Part shown: positions 38,501 to 52,990 of the stretch, one piece after another
How positions within the stretch are numbered: the stretch's first letter is position 1
Layout: each line of letters starts with the position of its first letter
From: Negaprion brevirostris
Taxonomy: Eukaryota
NCBI GenBank assembly: GCA_030324005.1
Contig: JARDVH010000042.1
Span: 39,881,378 to 39,945,377, forward strand
Length of the DNA: 64,000 nt
Direction: 5' to 3'
Translations under genes and position numbers: made by a program
Notes under the pieces: model-generated
Database searches by the model: none
Told to the model about the DNA's origin: nothing
Seen by the model: the letters and a program-made list of their open reading frames with translations, nothing else

Positions 38501-40559
38501 GCAGTAAAATAACATGTAATGTATGCCAAATTATGGTAAGGATATCAAGGTAAAAGAAAGGAAAAACTACCTTTAAGTGTCATCAATTATCCTACAATAT
38601 GAAGAAACTGAAAGTAGGCCACCTCGTACTCAACTTCGGTCATCATTTTAAAAGCTTCTAAGAGCAAACACAACGGCATGTTCTGACATGTTCTTTTCAC
38701 AAAATAAGCCCTGTTAATGACAGCAGAGCAGATTGCATACATCTGCCGGGAAAGAGCCTGATGACAGTGGAAATATTGTCTTGCCTTTTCTGGCTGAACA
38801 TATTAATAGATCTATGCTTGGCATTTCTATTAAATTTATTTTTTAATCTATTGCTTTATTGTGATTGTTCAAAAAACTTAGTTAATGCTGCATACAATGC
38901 CAATGTTTTATGCCACAAAATTCTGAACAAATATGCAAATCATTTGCTAATGTTTCACTTCAATTGTGAAGTGAAAATGTATTCATGTTTTAAATATTTA
39001 AAAAGTTGTGCATTTGGAATATAGTGAGATCTTACAAACATCCCAGAGTTGAAATAGTGTAGTAAATGAAAGAGTAGGCAAAATCCAAATTATGAAATAC
39101 AATTCTGCTTATATAGATTGTTTTTAATTGGTTAAAAATACTGTTCAGGCAACCAGATTCACTACAATTACAAAGATAAACAATGAAGAATATGGTTTTG
39201 ATTTACAAGTGTCTAGCAAAGCTATAAAATTCATATAGAAACCACATTAGCACAGCAATATCCACCTCATTACTTCTACACCGGTCATATTACTACCACA
39301 AGTGTTGCATAACTGAATTATATAATAAATCTATTTGATAAAATCATCCACATAAATGAACTGTTCTAGGATCAGAAGAAGTTAAAATTGTTATGGAATT
39401 TGATAGAAAATCGGAGTATTAATCTTTGCGGTGATCAAAGATCGCAGACCATTTTGCTTTGAAAAAAATATTTTTTTGGGGGAAATCCTACCAGTGAAAC
39501 TTTATTAATAAACACCAAAAGCCCGATACATTTTGACATACTTAGTGCAATAATTTTACTGATGAAACTACACATGTCTTGTTAAGACACCATTAAGAGA
39601 TTGAAAGGACAACAATTTTCAATACACTATTTGAAAATGAAACCTGGCTTTATACTTGTGTCTACAATAAGGTGGAAGAGTTACATATTGGGGCAGAATA
39701 GAGACATTTTTTAAAATGTTAAACATGGAGTACATTTACATTTAATCATTGTATCATACAGAGGTTAGTACGCAATGTAGTCGCTGATCGTAACATAGAT
39801 TACAATGTTTAATATAACTTCAAAACAAGGATTGCAAAAGCCTATCTTCCAAACAGTGAGATCTGTGCGACCACTTCATTGACAACAATAATAATACTAG
39901 TGAACGGAGTGCAGAATAAAGTTCTTGTATGACAAAATACATTAGCCACTAGCATTTATGGAAGCCAGATAAATTCCGTTGACACTTCTGGATTTATTAT
40001 GATATTATGAATATATTACCTCTGTGGTTTGCATAGAAATAAAAATGAAAGCAATGGAGGATAACTGATAGAAAACAGCTCAGAATCCAATCTAATTTAA
40101 TTTATTGTATTTAACTGTAAATCTCTTTTTCAAGTGAAAGGTAATTATGTTTTGATAACATTTTTAAATCACCGACAAATGAAATCCCCAAAAAACTCCC
40201 TTGTTATATTAGTGGCTTCATTCCATCTCACTCACCAAGAGATGTTAACGACCAGAAGCAGTTAGAAGATCCAACTTCTTCCAAGATTATTGTGGTTACT
40301 ACATGGAAAGATCCCCTCTTCATACTGGTATACAGTACGTCTTGACTGACTGATTATAATATAATGAACCAGGCCTCAGGAGTCACCACTGACATATCTG
40401 TAAAGTATATATTTTAAGTATTTTTAACATACCAATTAAAAAAAATTGTAGAGCAAATTTCTGAAATTAGTACCAGCACTTATTACCTCCCTTGTATTAA
40501 GCAACAAAGCAAAAACAAAAAGAAAATGTCAGTGAATGAAGCTGTTCTAACCTCGATTC

Positions 40560-41760
40560 ACTTGATTCTGCAACATACCAATAGATGAAACAATTTTCTT
40601 GAGCTGCCTTTGTTGATTTCTCTTCAGCTTTTAATACTCTACAACCTTTCAAGCTTATTGAGAAATTGAGAAACGTTGATGTCAATCCTACTCTTTGGAT
40701 CAATGATTTCCTTTACAACAGGACCCAATGGGTGTCACTATTTGAAGCCCATGTTAATGAATACTAGCTCTCTTCAGGGCTGTGTACTTTCACCTTTACT
40801 TTTTGTCCTTTATATGAATGATTATCAATCAGAGTACAATGACATAACAATCCTGAAGTATGCAGATAATACGGTAGGTACTTATGGGTTTCGTAAGGAA
40901 TAACGAAGGAAACTGTAGGAACTCAGTGGGGAAGTCTGTAAATGGTGCGATATTAATTCTCTTAAAACAAAAGAAAACAAAAAAATTAGTTATAGACTTT
41001 AGGAAAAGACCATTTAATGAAATTATTCCCATAATGGTCAATGATATGAACACTGAAATAGTTACAATCTACAAGTGTTTATGTAGCAAATTAGATGATA
41101 AATTGAATTGGAGAGGATAATGTACAGATGTGAGGACCAAGATCATACACAATTATACTTCATCAGAAAATTAAAATCCTTTTGAATCGATCCCACAATC
41201 ATGAAACTCTTTTATATGGCTGTAGTTCAGAGTTCTATATCCTCATGCAGTTGTCTTAGGAAAGTAGACTCTTCATGGGTACAAAGATATGGGGGATTTC
41301 AATCTACATATTGATTGGNNNNNNNNNNNNNNNNNNNNNNNNNNNNNNNNNNNNNNNNNNNNNNNNNNNNNNNNNNNNNNNNNNNNNNNNNNNNNNNNNN
41401 NNNNNNNNNNNNNNNNNNGGCAGGAATGTGGAACTGAGCCACAACAGATCAGCCATGATCTTATTGAATGGCGGGCAGGCTCGAGGGGCTGGATGGCCTA
41501 CTCCTGTTCCTATTTCTTATGTTCTTATGTTATTATGGAACAGGCAGGAAGAGTATTTGATGAACAGATCTTTCTGAATGAAATCTGCTCTCAAAGAATT
41601 TTGACGAATGGAAATAATGTCATGAACAATGAAAATAACTGCTTGCCTCAGTGTTACTATTGGATACACTCAGGGAAATGGCTACAATCCCTCAGATGCA
41701 GGACAATTTGGTTACTGAACTTGTTTGTACCATTCCCTCTAAGAACTTTCAGAAGAGGTT
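40560..41760 (+). mobile_element. Decayed Rex1/Babar-type LINE RT
   Basis: FVDFSSAFNTLQP (40610-40648), QGCVLSPLLFVLYMND, KYADNT, KTKKLVIDFRK, LDDKLNW in the correct order across frameshifts. Confidence 0.8.
41275..41530 (+). mobile_element. CR1 insertion inside the Rex1-like element, mostly hidden in an N gap
   Basis: MGDFNLHIDW (APE endonuclease motif) left of the gap; well-preserved 3' tail gatcagccatgatcttattgaatggcgg...ttcttatgttcttatg right of it. Confidence 0.75.
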
Positions 41761-42874
41761 TGATGTATGGATGAGGATGTGCATTTATGATGTGGCTCAC
41801 TGACTTATTATTTTAATGCATTGTTATAGTTTTTAAATATATATTTTAATTAAAGGGAGGGTTTTATTTTTATTGTTAATTTATATGTAATTTTTTAACA
41901 AATGAGAATGAACATTAAATGAATTTTTGTATGGACAATATAGAGAAATTGAAAGATAAACTGCAAAGGGCCAAGCTTATTTGTTTTAAACTTCTTCAAC
42001 AATATAATCTGAAGCTGTTGACAGCCTCTTCTAAATTTGAGTTATTCTTCCCTAATCCTTTAATAAGATCCGTTCTTGTGCTTGCTTCATTATGTCTAAC
42101 ACCAGGACCTCACTTCACCTGCACATGTTCAGGATACAGATGCTACTCAGCACAATAGTAAATGAGGTGTGCATCCCCAAAGCTACTCTGAAAACCCACC
42201 TAAAGGGCAGAAATTAATATCTTTTCCATTGGTGAGTTAGGTGGGGGGGGGGAGAGAGAGAAAGAGAGGAGGGAGCTGTCTGGGCTTTTGGATCGTCTTT
42301 CCACCCCCCCACCCCCATCCCATCACCAATCAAAGTCCTTAAATGGGCAATTAGCCCAGTGGCAGGCAAGGGACATNNNNNNNNNNNNNNNNNNNNNNNN
42401 NNNNNNNNNNNNNNNNNNNNNNNNNNNNNNNNNNNNNNNNNNNNNNNNNNNNNNNNNNNNNNNNNNNNNNNNNNNNNNNNNNNNNNNNNNNNNNNNNNNN
42501 NNNNNNNNNNNNNNNNNNNNNNNNNNNNNNNNNNNNNNNNNNNNNNNNNNNNNNNNNNNNNNNNNNNNNNNNNNNNNNNNNNNNNNNNNNNNNNNNNNNN
42601 NNNNNNNNNNNNNNNNNNNNNNNNNNNNNNNNNNNNNNNNNNNNNNNNNNNNNNNNNNNNNNNNNNNNNNNNNNNNNNNNNNNNNNNNNNNNNNNNNNNN
42701 NNNNNNNNNNNNNNNNNNNNNNNNNNNNNNNNNNNNNNNNNNNNNATTCCAGCAGGCCTTCTCAAGAAGTGGCAAGATGGGACTCACGCTGTCTCACAAG
42801 ACCACCCCTCCCCCAAGAGTCTCCATTCAGTACTGTCCAATATGTCCATAGTTCTTATGGGAGCTAATTGAAAG

Positions 42875-43150
42875 TAGCCAATGTGTTAACACTGCTGCGT
42901 CATAGGGCGAGGGACCCAGATTCAATTCCTGGCTTGGGTCGCTGTCTGTACAGAGTCTGCACATTCTCCCCATATCAGGGTTTCCTCGAGTGCTCCTGTT
43001 TCCTCCCACAATCTGAAAGTGCTGGTCAGGTACATTGGCCATGCTAAATTCTCCCTCTGTCTATCCAAACAGGGTTTGGCGACTAGGGGATTTTCACAGT
43101 AACTTCAGTGCAGTGTTAATGTAAGCCCACTTGTGACACTAATGAAATAA
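42875..43150 (+). mobile_element. HE1-type SINE
   Basis: tRNA-like head, gcacattctcccc core, cattggccatgctaaattctccc, and A-rich tail as at 18115-18262. Confidence 0.85.
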
Positions 43151-46100
43151 AAAGAACTTCCACCCTTTTTCATCACATAGAGAGTTAAGGCCTCCACCAA
43201 AAGTGCTAAAACTTGTTTCAATAAACTTCTCTCATTTATTTCCATCTGACAAAGTACAATGAGGGATTTTGTTGACTGGCAGTTCAGTTTGGTGTTTGAC
43301 TTTAAATATATTCACAAAGAATTTATTCATACCAAGTTCTAAATAAACAGATTCAGAAGCTGGAATGTCTTTCTGTAATATAACAGATGCTACAAAACAT
43401 TACCATGCAGTGTTGTTAAACTAGTCCATAAGCATATCTTTGACTTGCTTTGAAAAGTTGCTACAAAAGTTGACAAAAATCTTAAAACCTAGAATGTGTT
43501 GTACTAATAAGCAGCTTTTTAGAGTAACTCTTTCAAACCACGTGAAGCATTTATTTGTAGAATATTTTATTTTTTGCAACAGTGTTATCAAAGTAATGTA
43601 CTTGCCTTACAAATCTATTTGTTTGAAATATAGGATGATTATATGCTTTTGTGAACGTACATGACCAAACAAAAGTGACGAACCAATGATATTTTTAAGA
43701 TCAAAATGGCTGTTGAAGCTTTATCTCATCTGTTACACTATTCTGTTAATTGAAGATAAATTGCTTTCAATTTCCCAAAGGGTTAATCTCTTGATACAGC
43801 TCCATCATTACATATGACAGCAAATATATTCATTAGTGTTGAAAGTCAATCTTGCAAAGAGCCATAGCTTTGCAAGATCACCTCAATCATAATGGTTTTA
43901 AAGCTGAATTAAATTCAAACTCTGATAAATGCTCCAATATAGATTATCATGGCTTAAACCATTGACCCTAAGAAACCAAAGATCCCTGTAGCATTCAAAA
44001 GCATCAATTGCCCAAGTGCATCAGAGAAATGCATGTGCCTGGAGGATTGGTTAAAGGTCAACTGTGGGTTTACAGTGTAACCCATACATAAAATGTGATT
44101 ACCAGAATCTGTAAATGTATCACATATGTAAACTGTACACACAATACTGTCATATTGTCTGTAGTGACAACTAAATGGGGATAATTCATGGTTTGACTTC
44201 ATCTGAATCTGGTTTAATAGAGTTAAGCTTCACTCATGTTGGACGTTTTGCCGCAAGAAAAAATTTGGTCACTACTTGGTAACCAAATGGATAGGAAATA
44301 GCAATGTTGCAGTTTGGATATAGTTCAGATTCAAGACGAAGGTCATGTGCTCATCACTAATTTAAATGAAAAAAGAAAAAAATGATATTTTATTTGAATG
44401 AGAGATTGACGGAAAACATTTCTTACTGAATGATATGTATATGACAAGCACAACGGGTAACGTTTGTCCTAGAAATCTCCTTTTACCCCGATAAAAAGTC
44501 CTATTTTTCAAAATTAAATACATTATTTTTCAACGTGAAGTTTATTTTAAGTGGTGAAATGGAAGCACTTAGCAGGTTAGGAAATACCTCTGGTGAGAAC
44601 TAAGGTTAACAGGTGGGGTTTTCATCCTATAGGAGGGTAATGAGAGTTAGGAAATTTCCTAGCTTGGCCTGCCCACCTCAGGAGAAAGGGCCAGCAAAGT
44701 TGGGATTTTCACTGCGGGGTTGGGATAAGGATGGTACTAACTGGAATCGGGCTCGTCATCATCAAAAGGAGTTCAGAGGCAGCCACAGGAGCTACCAAGT
44801 TGTTGCGTGTCAAGGCAAGCTACTGAAAAGATCCACCTGAATGCTCTGGGACTTTGTTATGCTATCATCACCATATCTGGAACAAAGAACAGCTCTCTAG
44901 TCCTCACCCCTCAAGTGCCCTCACCCCAACACTCTCCCCATGCCCCATCCATGCCAACTCTTGCCACGTGTTCCACACCCATCCCGATGGCATCTTTATC
45001 TTGTGTTGATAGGCACTGAGCAATTGACAGAATTGATCACAGAACAACAGCAGTCAATCAAGCAGTATTTCCCCTGGAGTACTGCTCTTTCAACAATCTA
45101 ATGGACGTCTGCATTCTCAGCCAGGAACGCATAACAAGATTTAGCTCAAACCTATATACACATTTAAAAAAGTAGCTAATATTTCACTCATGACTTTTTA
45201 GGTAAAATCTTTTTTTGATCTACTGTGCCCAATTAATCTATTCTGATTGAAAGTCCGCTTTAAAAACCAGCAAAATTGCAAGTATGCTTTAAAAATGTAA
45301 TCAGGTATTACAAATTCAATAGAAAAGTATATGACATACCCTTTTGTCAATGATATACACACTGTGAACTTTTCAAAAATTTTTAGTGTAAGTGTATGCT
45401 GAATAAAAGTGTCCTGCACACGAAGTTACTGTGCAATGCTTCACAAAATTGAGGCTTCAGATAAACTATGATCTAAAACTTGGACCATTTGTAATAATTT
45501 GAATAAAATATTGCCAGTCTATGTAATTTATACAAAGATAGCTACTTTTAAAAACCGGTGATGCTGACAAATGGTTTAACTCTGTGATTAAATAACCCTG
45601 ATATAAGGAAATACACACAAGATTTGTGACCTAGACAAACAGCATGGTACAATGTCATGTGCCTTAAAATTACATTGCACAAATATAACTTTTTATTTTG
45701 TTATCTGGATAATTACAATATTTTGGGTGTTTTATGTATTCTAGTAATGATTATGTATAACCAACTAGAAAGATGAATGCATTTCATTCAGTAGGGAATC
45801 AGTTCTAAAAATCAATTAGTTTGTGTTAATTGGCTACTTGATCTACTAACCTAAATACATGTGCAATATCCATGCTTTCTGCGTAATACTAACATGGCAG
45901 TAGAAATTTTGCTTACTGTGCAAAATAAAAGAATAGTTTAATTCTAATGTTGTTTTTTGGTAAACAATTCTGTATTCCTTAAAAAAAAGTAGTAACAAGA
46001 GTAACTTATTGACGTTTAATTCAGAACAGCCAAACAGTGAGAAGCTGCAGGCTAAAAGATTTCATGTTGAACTAAATGCACAGGATCATAGTTCAGATAA

Positions 46101-46340
46101 GAGGTCTTGTGGCACAGTGGGTAGCGTCCCTGCCTTTTGAGCCAGAAGCTCTGGATTCAAGCCTCATTCCAGGACTTGATGGCCAAGGAAAGAACATTCA
46201 TAATGCAGCCAGACCTGTTTAGTATCAACTTACAAAAGCCAATGGCAGGTGGTAGGAATGGGGGAAATGTGATGGAAAGAAATTGAAGCCTGACCATTAC
46301 TATCCATAGCTCCAGGCTACAACATGGAAGCAAAAGTGCC
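46101..46340 (+). mobile_element. tRNA-derived SINE of another family
   Basis: A box tggcacagtgg and B-box-like ggattcaagcc; body differs from HE1. Confidence 0.55.
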
Positions 46341-46654
46341 TGTTGTCTCAACAACATGGACTCCTTGAGGGCCAGCTGGCTAAATAGACCGTGTGGATCA
46401 GATTGATGCTAACAGTACATGACTCAATCCCCATTCCAGCTGGGGTGGGTTCAGAATCTGCTCCTTGCCCTAGCCATGGTAAATATTAGGGCAATATGGA
46501 TCGAACCTGCCTTTGTGTACAGGATGCAGGAAGATGATCATTATCCAAGCAACTTAAGTAGCTAATAGGGAAACCACTTAAAATAACACACAAAAATACT
46601 GCAGTTGCTAGAAATTTGAAATAAAAACAAAAACATTTGCCATTCAGGCAAAAT

Positions 46655-46930
46655 TTTTCTTTATTCTTTCATGGGATGTGGGTCTCACTGGCAAGGCCAG
46701 CATTTGTTGCCCATCCTTAACTGCCCTTGAACTGAGGGGCTTGCTATGCCACTTCAGAGGACAGTTAAGAGTCAACCACATTACTGTTGGTCTTGAGTCA
46801 CATGTAGGTCAGACCAGACAAAATGGCAGATATCCTTCCCTGAAGGACATTAATGAATCAGATGGGTTTTTACAACAGTCAGTGGTAGTTTCATCATCAC
46901 CTTACTAAGACTAGCTTCATACTCCAGGTT
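46655..46930 (-). mobile_element. SINE 3' part sharing its tail with the 20625-22555 LINE family
   Basis: 'ggcaaggccagcatttgttgcccatcctta' is the reverse complement of the LINE tail near 22515-22545; a more decayed copy lies at about 47085-47390. Confidence 0.6.
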
Positions 46931-49342
46931 ATTACTTATACATTGTGCAGTTTGGGACAGCTGTTAATTTTAGATAACTTATTTTTGCTCTGTGTGTAAT
47001 TTGTACATCAATATTATGTCACCATTTTAGGTAAGAGAATTGAATATAACAGGTTTGTCATTACAACATATTTATTCACTATTGTCACCATATTCTAGTT
47101 GCCTTGACAAGATGATGGTGGGCCTTCTTAAGTAATATTATGAGTGGGTCATTTGAGAGTCAACTGCCAGAGGCATGTGTAAACCGAAACCAGGTAGTGG
47201 TGGTTAATTCCCTTCTTGTTAGTAAATCAGCTGGATTTTTATGACAAACCAGCTGTTTTCAATGGTCACTTTTTTTTTCTCTTTTTGGTGCAATACCAGA
47301 TTTACCTAATTCAATTTCACACATGCCATGTGGGATTCCAACTCACAACTTTTATGTTAGTCTGGTACCTTAGCCACTATATCACTGTATCTGGTATATA
47401 ATTACATACATCATTAATGGAAGGCAGCATGATGATACATCAAAATGAAGCTTCAGTTTACACAAGAGGAAATCTCAATCTCTCTAGGCTGGACTTTTCC
47501 GTGAGGAGAGAAGGAGGAATAATCAGAAATAANNNNNNNNNNNNNCATTCCCTCATACTTTGCAGTCAGTTTAAGAGCAGAATTGGCAGAGGCTTATGGC
47601 CATGTCACATGCTTGATCTCTTGACTATAAATGGAAAAGACCTTTGAAGAAGGAAAGCAACTGACCAAAAATAAGGGAGAGGAAATGCATAGAAAGACAC
47701 TTGTATAAACCATCCCATAGCATTCAGTAACTGGTCAACAGTCAAATAGTAAACTAATCTATTTAAACAATTAGCATTAATCGTGGAAGAGACTAAAGAG
47801 AAGCAGCATTATCCTCTTGCTGAAGTTTGAATTGTGTATGGAATATATTATGTTTATTGTTAAAAACTTAATATAATTGTAGTAGTGAAAGAGACAAGGA
47901 AGGCATTTTGCTTCTGAAAACTTAGTTAACTGGCATATTTTCATGTGCAATAATAACCAAGAAAAACAAATCATAAGGCTTAGCTCACCAACCATCTGAT
48001 ATATTCAACACAGCCAAAGTCAGCTTTTGTAATCTCAGGCTCGGTGGGTCTTAAGATAGTGAAATTGGCCATTGTAGGAACGAGCCAAAACCAAATAAAA
48101 AGATTTTCTTTAAAAAACACCGAAGACAAATTTTAACTTGGAACTAAGTTAGTACTTATACAATTGATTTTGATACCTGTTTTAGTAATTTCAGGAGTTG
48201 CTAGCTGTTCAATGGCTTTGTGTCAATTAGGCATTAGTCAAATTGGATAGTGGAACTGAAGACAATTTACCTTGCTCCTAACAGGCTATATCATATTAGT
48301 AAATTGAGATTTGGGGTGAGATTTTAACCCATTCAAAATCCATCACTTGCTAGTTAAAAATCGGGCCCTCTTAGGATTTTAACTTTTGATATAATGGGAA
48401 GGGCGGAATTCAATAAAGCAATAGTGTGTTTCAAAACTGTTACAAAACCATTTTAGGAATATGGTGTACAATGGATTCTTTGCTTACAGTGTACTGAAGT
48501 GAGTACTTCAAAATTGTGCTCTTCTACACTTTACACAAGTAAGTAGAATGCACTGCCTGACTAAGTGGTGGAGGCAGATTCAAATGTGGTTTTCAAAAGT
48601 GAATTGGNNNNNNNNNNNNNNNNNNNNNNNNNNNNNNNNNNNNNNNNNNNNNNNNNNNNNNNNNNNNNNNNNNNNNNNNNNNNNNNNNNNNNNNNNNNNN
48701 NNNNNNNNNNNNNNNNNNNNNNNNNNNNNNNNNNNNNNNNNNNNNNNNNNNNNNNNNNNNNNNNNNNNNNNNNNNNNNNNNNNNNNNNNNNNNNNNNNNN
48801 NNNNNNNNNNNNNNNNNNNNNNNNNNNNNNNNNNNNNNNNNNNNNNNNNNNNNNNNNNNNNNNNNNNNNNNNNNNNNNNNNNNNNNNNNNNNNNNNNNNN
48901 NNNNNNNNNNNNNNNNNNNNNNNNNNNNNNNNNNNNNNNNNNNNNNNNNNNNNNNNNNNNNNNNNNNNNNNNNNNNNNNNNNNNNNNNNNNNNNNNNNNN
49001 NNNNNNNNNNNNNNNNNNNNNNNNNNNNNNNNNNNNNNNNNNNNNNNNNNNNNNNNNNNNNNNNNNNNNNNNNNNNNNNNNNNNNNNNNNNNNNNNNNNN
49101 NNNNNNNNNNNNNNNNNNNNNNNNNNNNNNNNNNNNNNNNNNNNNNNNNNNNNNNNTGAGAACAAATCAGTCATGCACATGAAACATTCCTTTTAAGAAA
49201 CATGCTTATGCTATAAATCTTAAAGGAACCAAACAATGCAACAAACTGGCCACACACTGTAAAACAAAGTCAGAGGGAATATTCACTACTAAACTAGTCA
49301 AAATGCTCATCAGTACAAAAAAACAATTGATCATACACATAT

Positions 49343-49665
49343 GCGGCAGGGTGGCATAGCAGCACCTGCTGCCTCATGGCGCCAGGGACCTGAGTTCAAT
49401 TCCCACCTTGGTTCACTTTCTGTGTGGAGTTTGCACATTCTCCCCGTGTCTGCATGGGTTTCCTCTGGGTGATCCAGTTTCTTCCCATATTCCAATGATG
49501 TGCAGGTTAGATGAATTGGCCATGCTAAATTGCCCTTTAGTGTCAGGGGAGCTAGCTAGGGTAAATGCATGAGGTTAACGGGAATGGGGCCTGGGTGGGA
49601 CTGCGGTCGGTGAGACTCGATAGGCCAAATGGCCGCATCCTGCACTGTAGGATTCTATGACTCTA
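49343..49665 (+). mobile_element. Near full-length HE1-type SINE
   Basis: Head gcggcagggtggca, B-box-like gagttcaattcc, core, and LINE-derived tail ggccaaatggcc...gcactgtaggattctatga. Confidence 0.9.
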
Positions 49666-50394
49666 CATGCAGCAATGTTCCAAATATGTAGTTTGCTTCA
49701 AAAGCACTTGCTAACAATAGCTCCAGATAACGTTAAAGTGCTGGGCACAACTTCAATGAATAATTCCTTCTCTTTATTATGTGCACCAATTGTCAAAACA
49801 GTGAATTAAAAAATAATTTACATAAAGCAGTTATTCTATCTCCCTTGCTATTCGTCTCTAATCCAGGTGGCCACAATTTATACATTTTTGCCAGACACGC
49901 ACATATCCAACAAGTGCTACTGGGTAGCGATCAGGAGCTGAAACCTGAAACTCTGACTGACTTTTGTTCTTTCTAATCTGAGACCAAGAGCAATTTTAGT
50001 AACCTCTATGCTGCCAACATCAGCCAACTCAGCACAGACCACCTTGCAAACCTGAGGCCTTTGTGATCTAAACAGTACAACTACTTCCGCAATGAACTGG
50101 CTGAGCCATCAAGGGCCGTGATAATTATTCCATTCAAAACGGAGGAAGGCTGATGGATCAGAATTCTTTTTGTGTCCATNNNNNNNNNNACTGTTCATAT
50201 ATTCAGTGCCAAAAAGAATCTACATATGCTTGATGCCTTATCACTTCCTTGGGTCACCCAACCAATGTTTTGTTAAACGAAGTGACTTATTATCCAGTAG
50301 TTAATCAGGACCCAGATCTATGATTTGTTTTAAACAAATTATTTTTTCTATGATTTGTCTTCACAAAACTAAACTGGAATGTTTATAAAGAAAT

Positions 50395-50822
50395 AAAAAA
50401 CTTGCACTAATATAGCTCACTTTACACCCTCGGGGTATCTCAAAACATTCACATTTAATGAATTACTTCTAAACTATAGTTGCTTTTGTTATTAGGCAAA
50501 CAAGGCAACCATACAGATAGGCCTGACAAACAGCAATGAGATTATTTACCAGTTAATCTGTTTAGGTGGTGTTGAGGAAAGTTGGTTAGAATACTGGGAA
50601 AATTCGCTGTGATTATTCAAAGGAGTGCTGCAGGACCTTTACATCAAAAACAGCCAGACAGAACTTTGGTTTAACAACTACAATAGCAGATGGCATCTCC
50701 AACAGTGCAGCATTCTTAAAGTGCTGCACTGAGGCATCATCCTACATTCAAATCCTGGATGGGGTTTAAAAACACAAACTTCTGACTTGCAAAACAAAGT
50801 GCCAGCACTGAGCCAAGCTGAC
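50395..50822 (-). mobile_element. Deu-domain-type SINE, full length, diverged
   Basis: Collinear with 17630-18000; ends in cttctgact...cactgagccaagctgac head. Confidence 0.7.
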
Positions 50823-50859
50823 ACAAAACCAAAACATTATACACTATGAAATGTTAACA

Positions 50860-51116
50860 GCAGGCACTGCACTGTAGAAATGCTGCTTTTCGGATGAGAT
50901 GTTAAACTCTGGCCCCATCTCCCTGCTTGTGTGGATCTAAAAGGTCCCATGGCACTATCTTGAAGATGAGCAGGAGAGTTATCCTCAGTGTTCAGGCCAA
51001 TATATACTCGTCAAATGAACACTGCAAAAACAGATTTATCTGGTCATTATCAGCCATTGCTGAAATGTGCTTTGAGATGTTTGGTGGTCATGAAAAGTGC
51101 TTCATGAATGCAAATC
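50860..51116 (+). mobile_element. Deu-domain-type SINE, 5'-truncated, opposite orientation
   Basis: 'tttcggatgagatgttaaac...tcccatggcactat...ggagagttatcc...tctggtcattatc' is the reverse complement of the neighbouring copy. Confidence 0.75.
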
Positions 51117-52110
51117 CTTCTCTCTTTAGGGTATGTTTTGTAATTTTAAAACTTTAGAATCATGCCCATAAAAATAAATTCCTCATGTCAGTCATTTTCT
51201 AATTTGAATCTTCAGTAATACACAGTCTTCTGCATCTTTTTGCAATTGGTTACTGACCTAATGGAACATGAGTGATAGATTCCAGTTAGCTATCATCCAA
51301 CTATGGCATGAATAGACCAAGGAGGCCTAAATGGAGGGAGAAAAAGCCATCAAACTTACACAATGAATAACAGTAATTCACCTCAACAGGTCGGGTTGAG
51401 TATTTAAAAGTCACAGAATTTGCTATCCCTTGACACAAAGGACGCCAATATGTCCAATATTTGAAGAATAAAGTTAAAAATACTTGATTCAACATACATT
51501 TCAAATTAATTTTTATACATGTTTTCATAGCTTAAAAAATGAATAATTCTCTTCAATTTTAAATATCGAAGATAACAAAAATGAAGGCTATAGATATATC
51601 TTTATTGCTAAATTCTGTTTGTCTTATCAGCACTGCATTGCTCAAGAATAAAATAGAAGCTATAGAACCATCATAGGATGTATCTAAAATGTAGCAGTGA
51701 AGTTTTCCAAGTGCAATCAGGGAACTAAAATATCATTGTATAAACAATTACAGCTTGTCAAACAATAGTAAGACCACATTAAGCATAACATATTTACAAT
51801 TGAAGTAAACACTCATCAAAATAAGAGTCAAATTAGGTAGTAATTATGTGTTTCAGCTCAAATTTAAATTCTGCAGGTTAGTTATGCACAATAAAATTAA
51901 TCATTGGAAAAAAGCTAATCATAAAAAAGCCATTCAGTTCCATCAGGTATAACTTTTGCGATGAAATTCTGTATAAGATTTAACGGCCTACATTAACATT
52001 TTGTATAAATTTTTCATCAGTGTAAATGATTTTTGGTATCTTATACCAACAGGAGATATATAGTATTTCAAACATTAAAATATGATTTCAACTGACAACT
52101 GCATACTTAC

Positions 52111-52151
52111 AAATACCCCATCATAATATAATCTCGATGAACGGTAATCAT
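52111..52151 (-). ncRNA. Candidate 41-bp exon
   Basis: Acceptor aactttctcag|, donor ttt|gtaagtat. Confidence 0.3.
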
Positions 52152-52990
52152 CTGAGAAAGTTTTCAGAATTGTATCACAGAATGAACACAATACTATTAT
52201 AACATATAAACTTAAAATAACTTTTGAAATGTTTTGTACAACATGAAGCTTAACAAATTTAAAGCACTACCTGTTTTTCTTGGTTGCATAGTACAACATA
52301 ATATTTAAAAACAAATGTTAGAAAAATTTACAAATGTATAGCATATTCTCTGAAAGAGACATTTCTGATTTGTCTAGATCTTCTTGCATTTGTTCTACGT
52401 GCTTCCTGGGGTGCTACTTATAATTTTGACTTTAAGAAGCACTAAAACCCTAATTTAGTCTTTATGCACCATATAATAGAGCAGTTTAATTTATCTGTCT
52501 ATTAATGCAAAATAGTGTATTTACCATGTAGACAGAATGAAATGATATGTAATTCTACTTCCCGTCATTTCCTTTACATTTAAATAGACAGTGTAGCTCA
52601 AATGTAATGTTGTACAAATGTATCTGTCATAAATCTTTAATGGAAGTATATCTGGCAATCACACTAGCATTCTTCTTCACTCAGCTCTATCTTGATTTTA
52701 AAACCAATAGTCTAGTTTTAAATGTTTTTAATATTTATTAGAAAATAACATGAAATTCAAATGTTTAAATATATATTGCATAATAATTTTGCAATTGGGG
52801 ATCTTGTGCTATGTGTGTCTAAAAGGCTCACATACATCAATTCAGTTTTTCACAACAATTAAAAATAATATGGCATAGGAAAATTCTGTAACCATTAGCT
52901 TCGTAATTACGCATCAAGTTCAGAGAAATAGCTGCAGTAAACTGAAGGAGGTACAGTATAGATTTGATTTTAACAGTTTTAGATTATAAC

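Noticed and set aside
47765-47782. Partial miR-155-like match (caattagcattaa)
   Set aside because: AT-rich 13-mer only; no 3' half and no precursor stem
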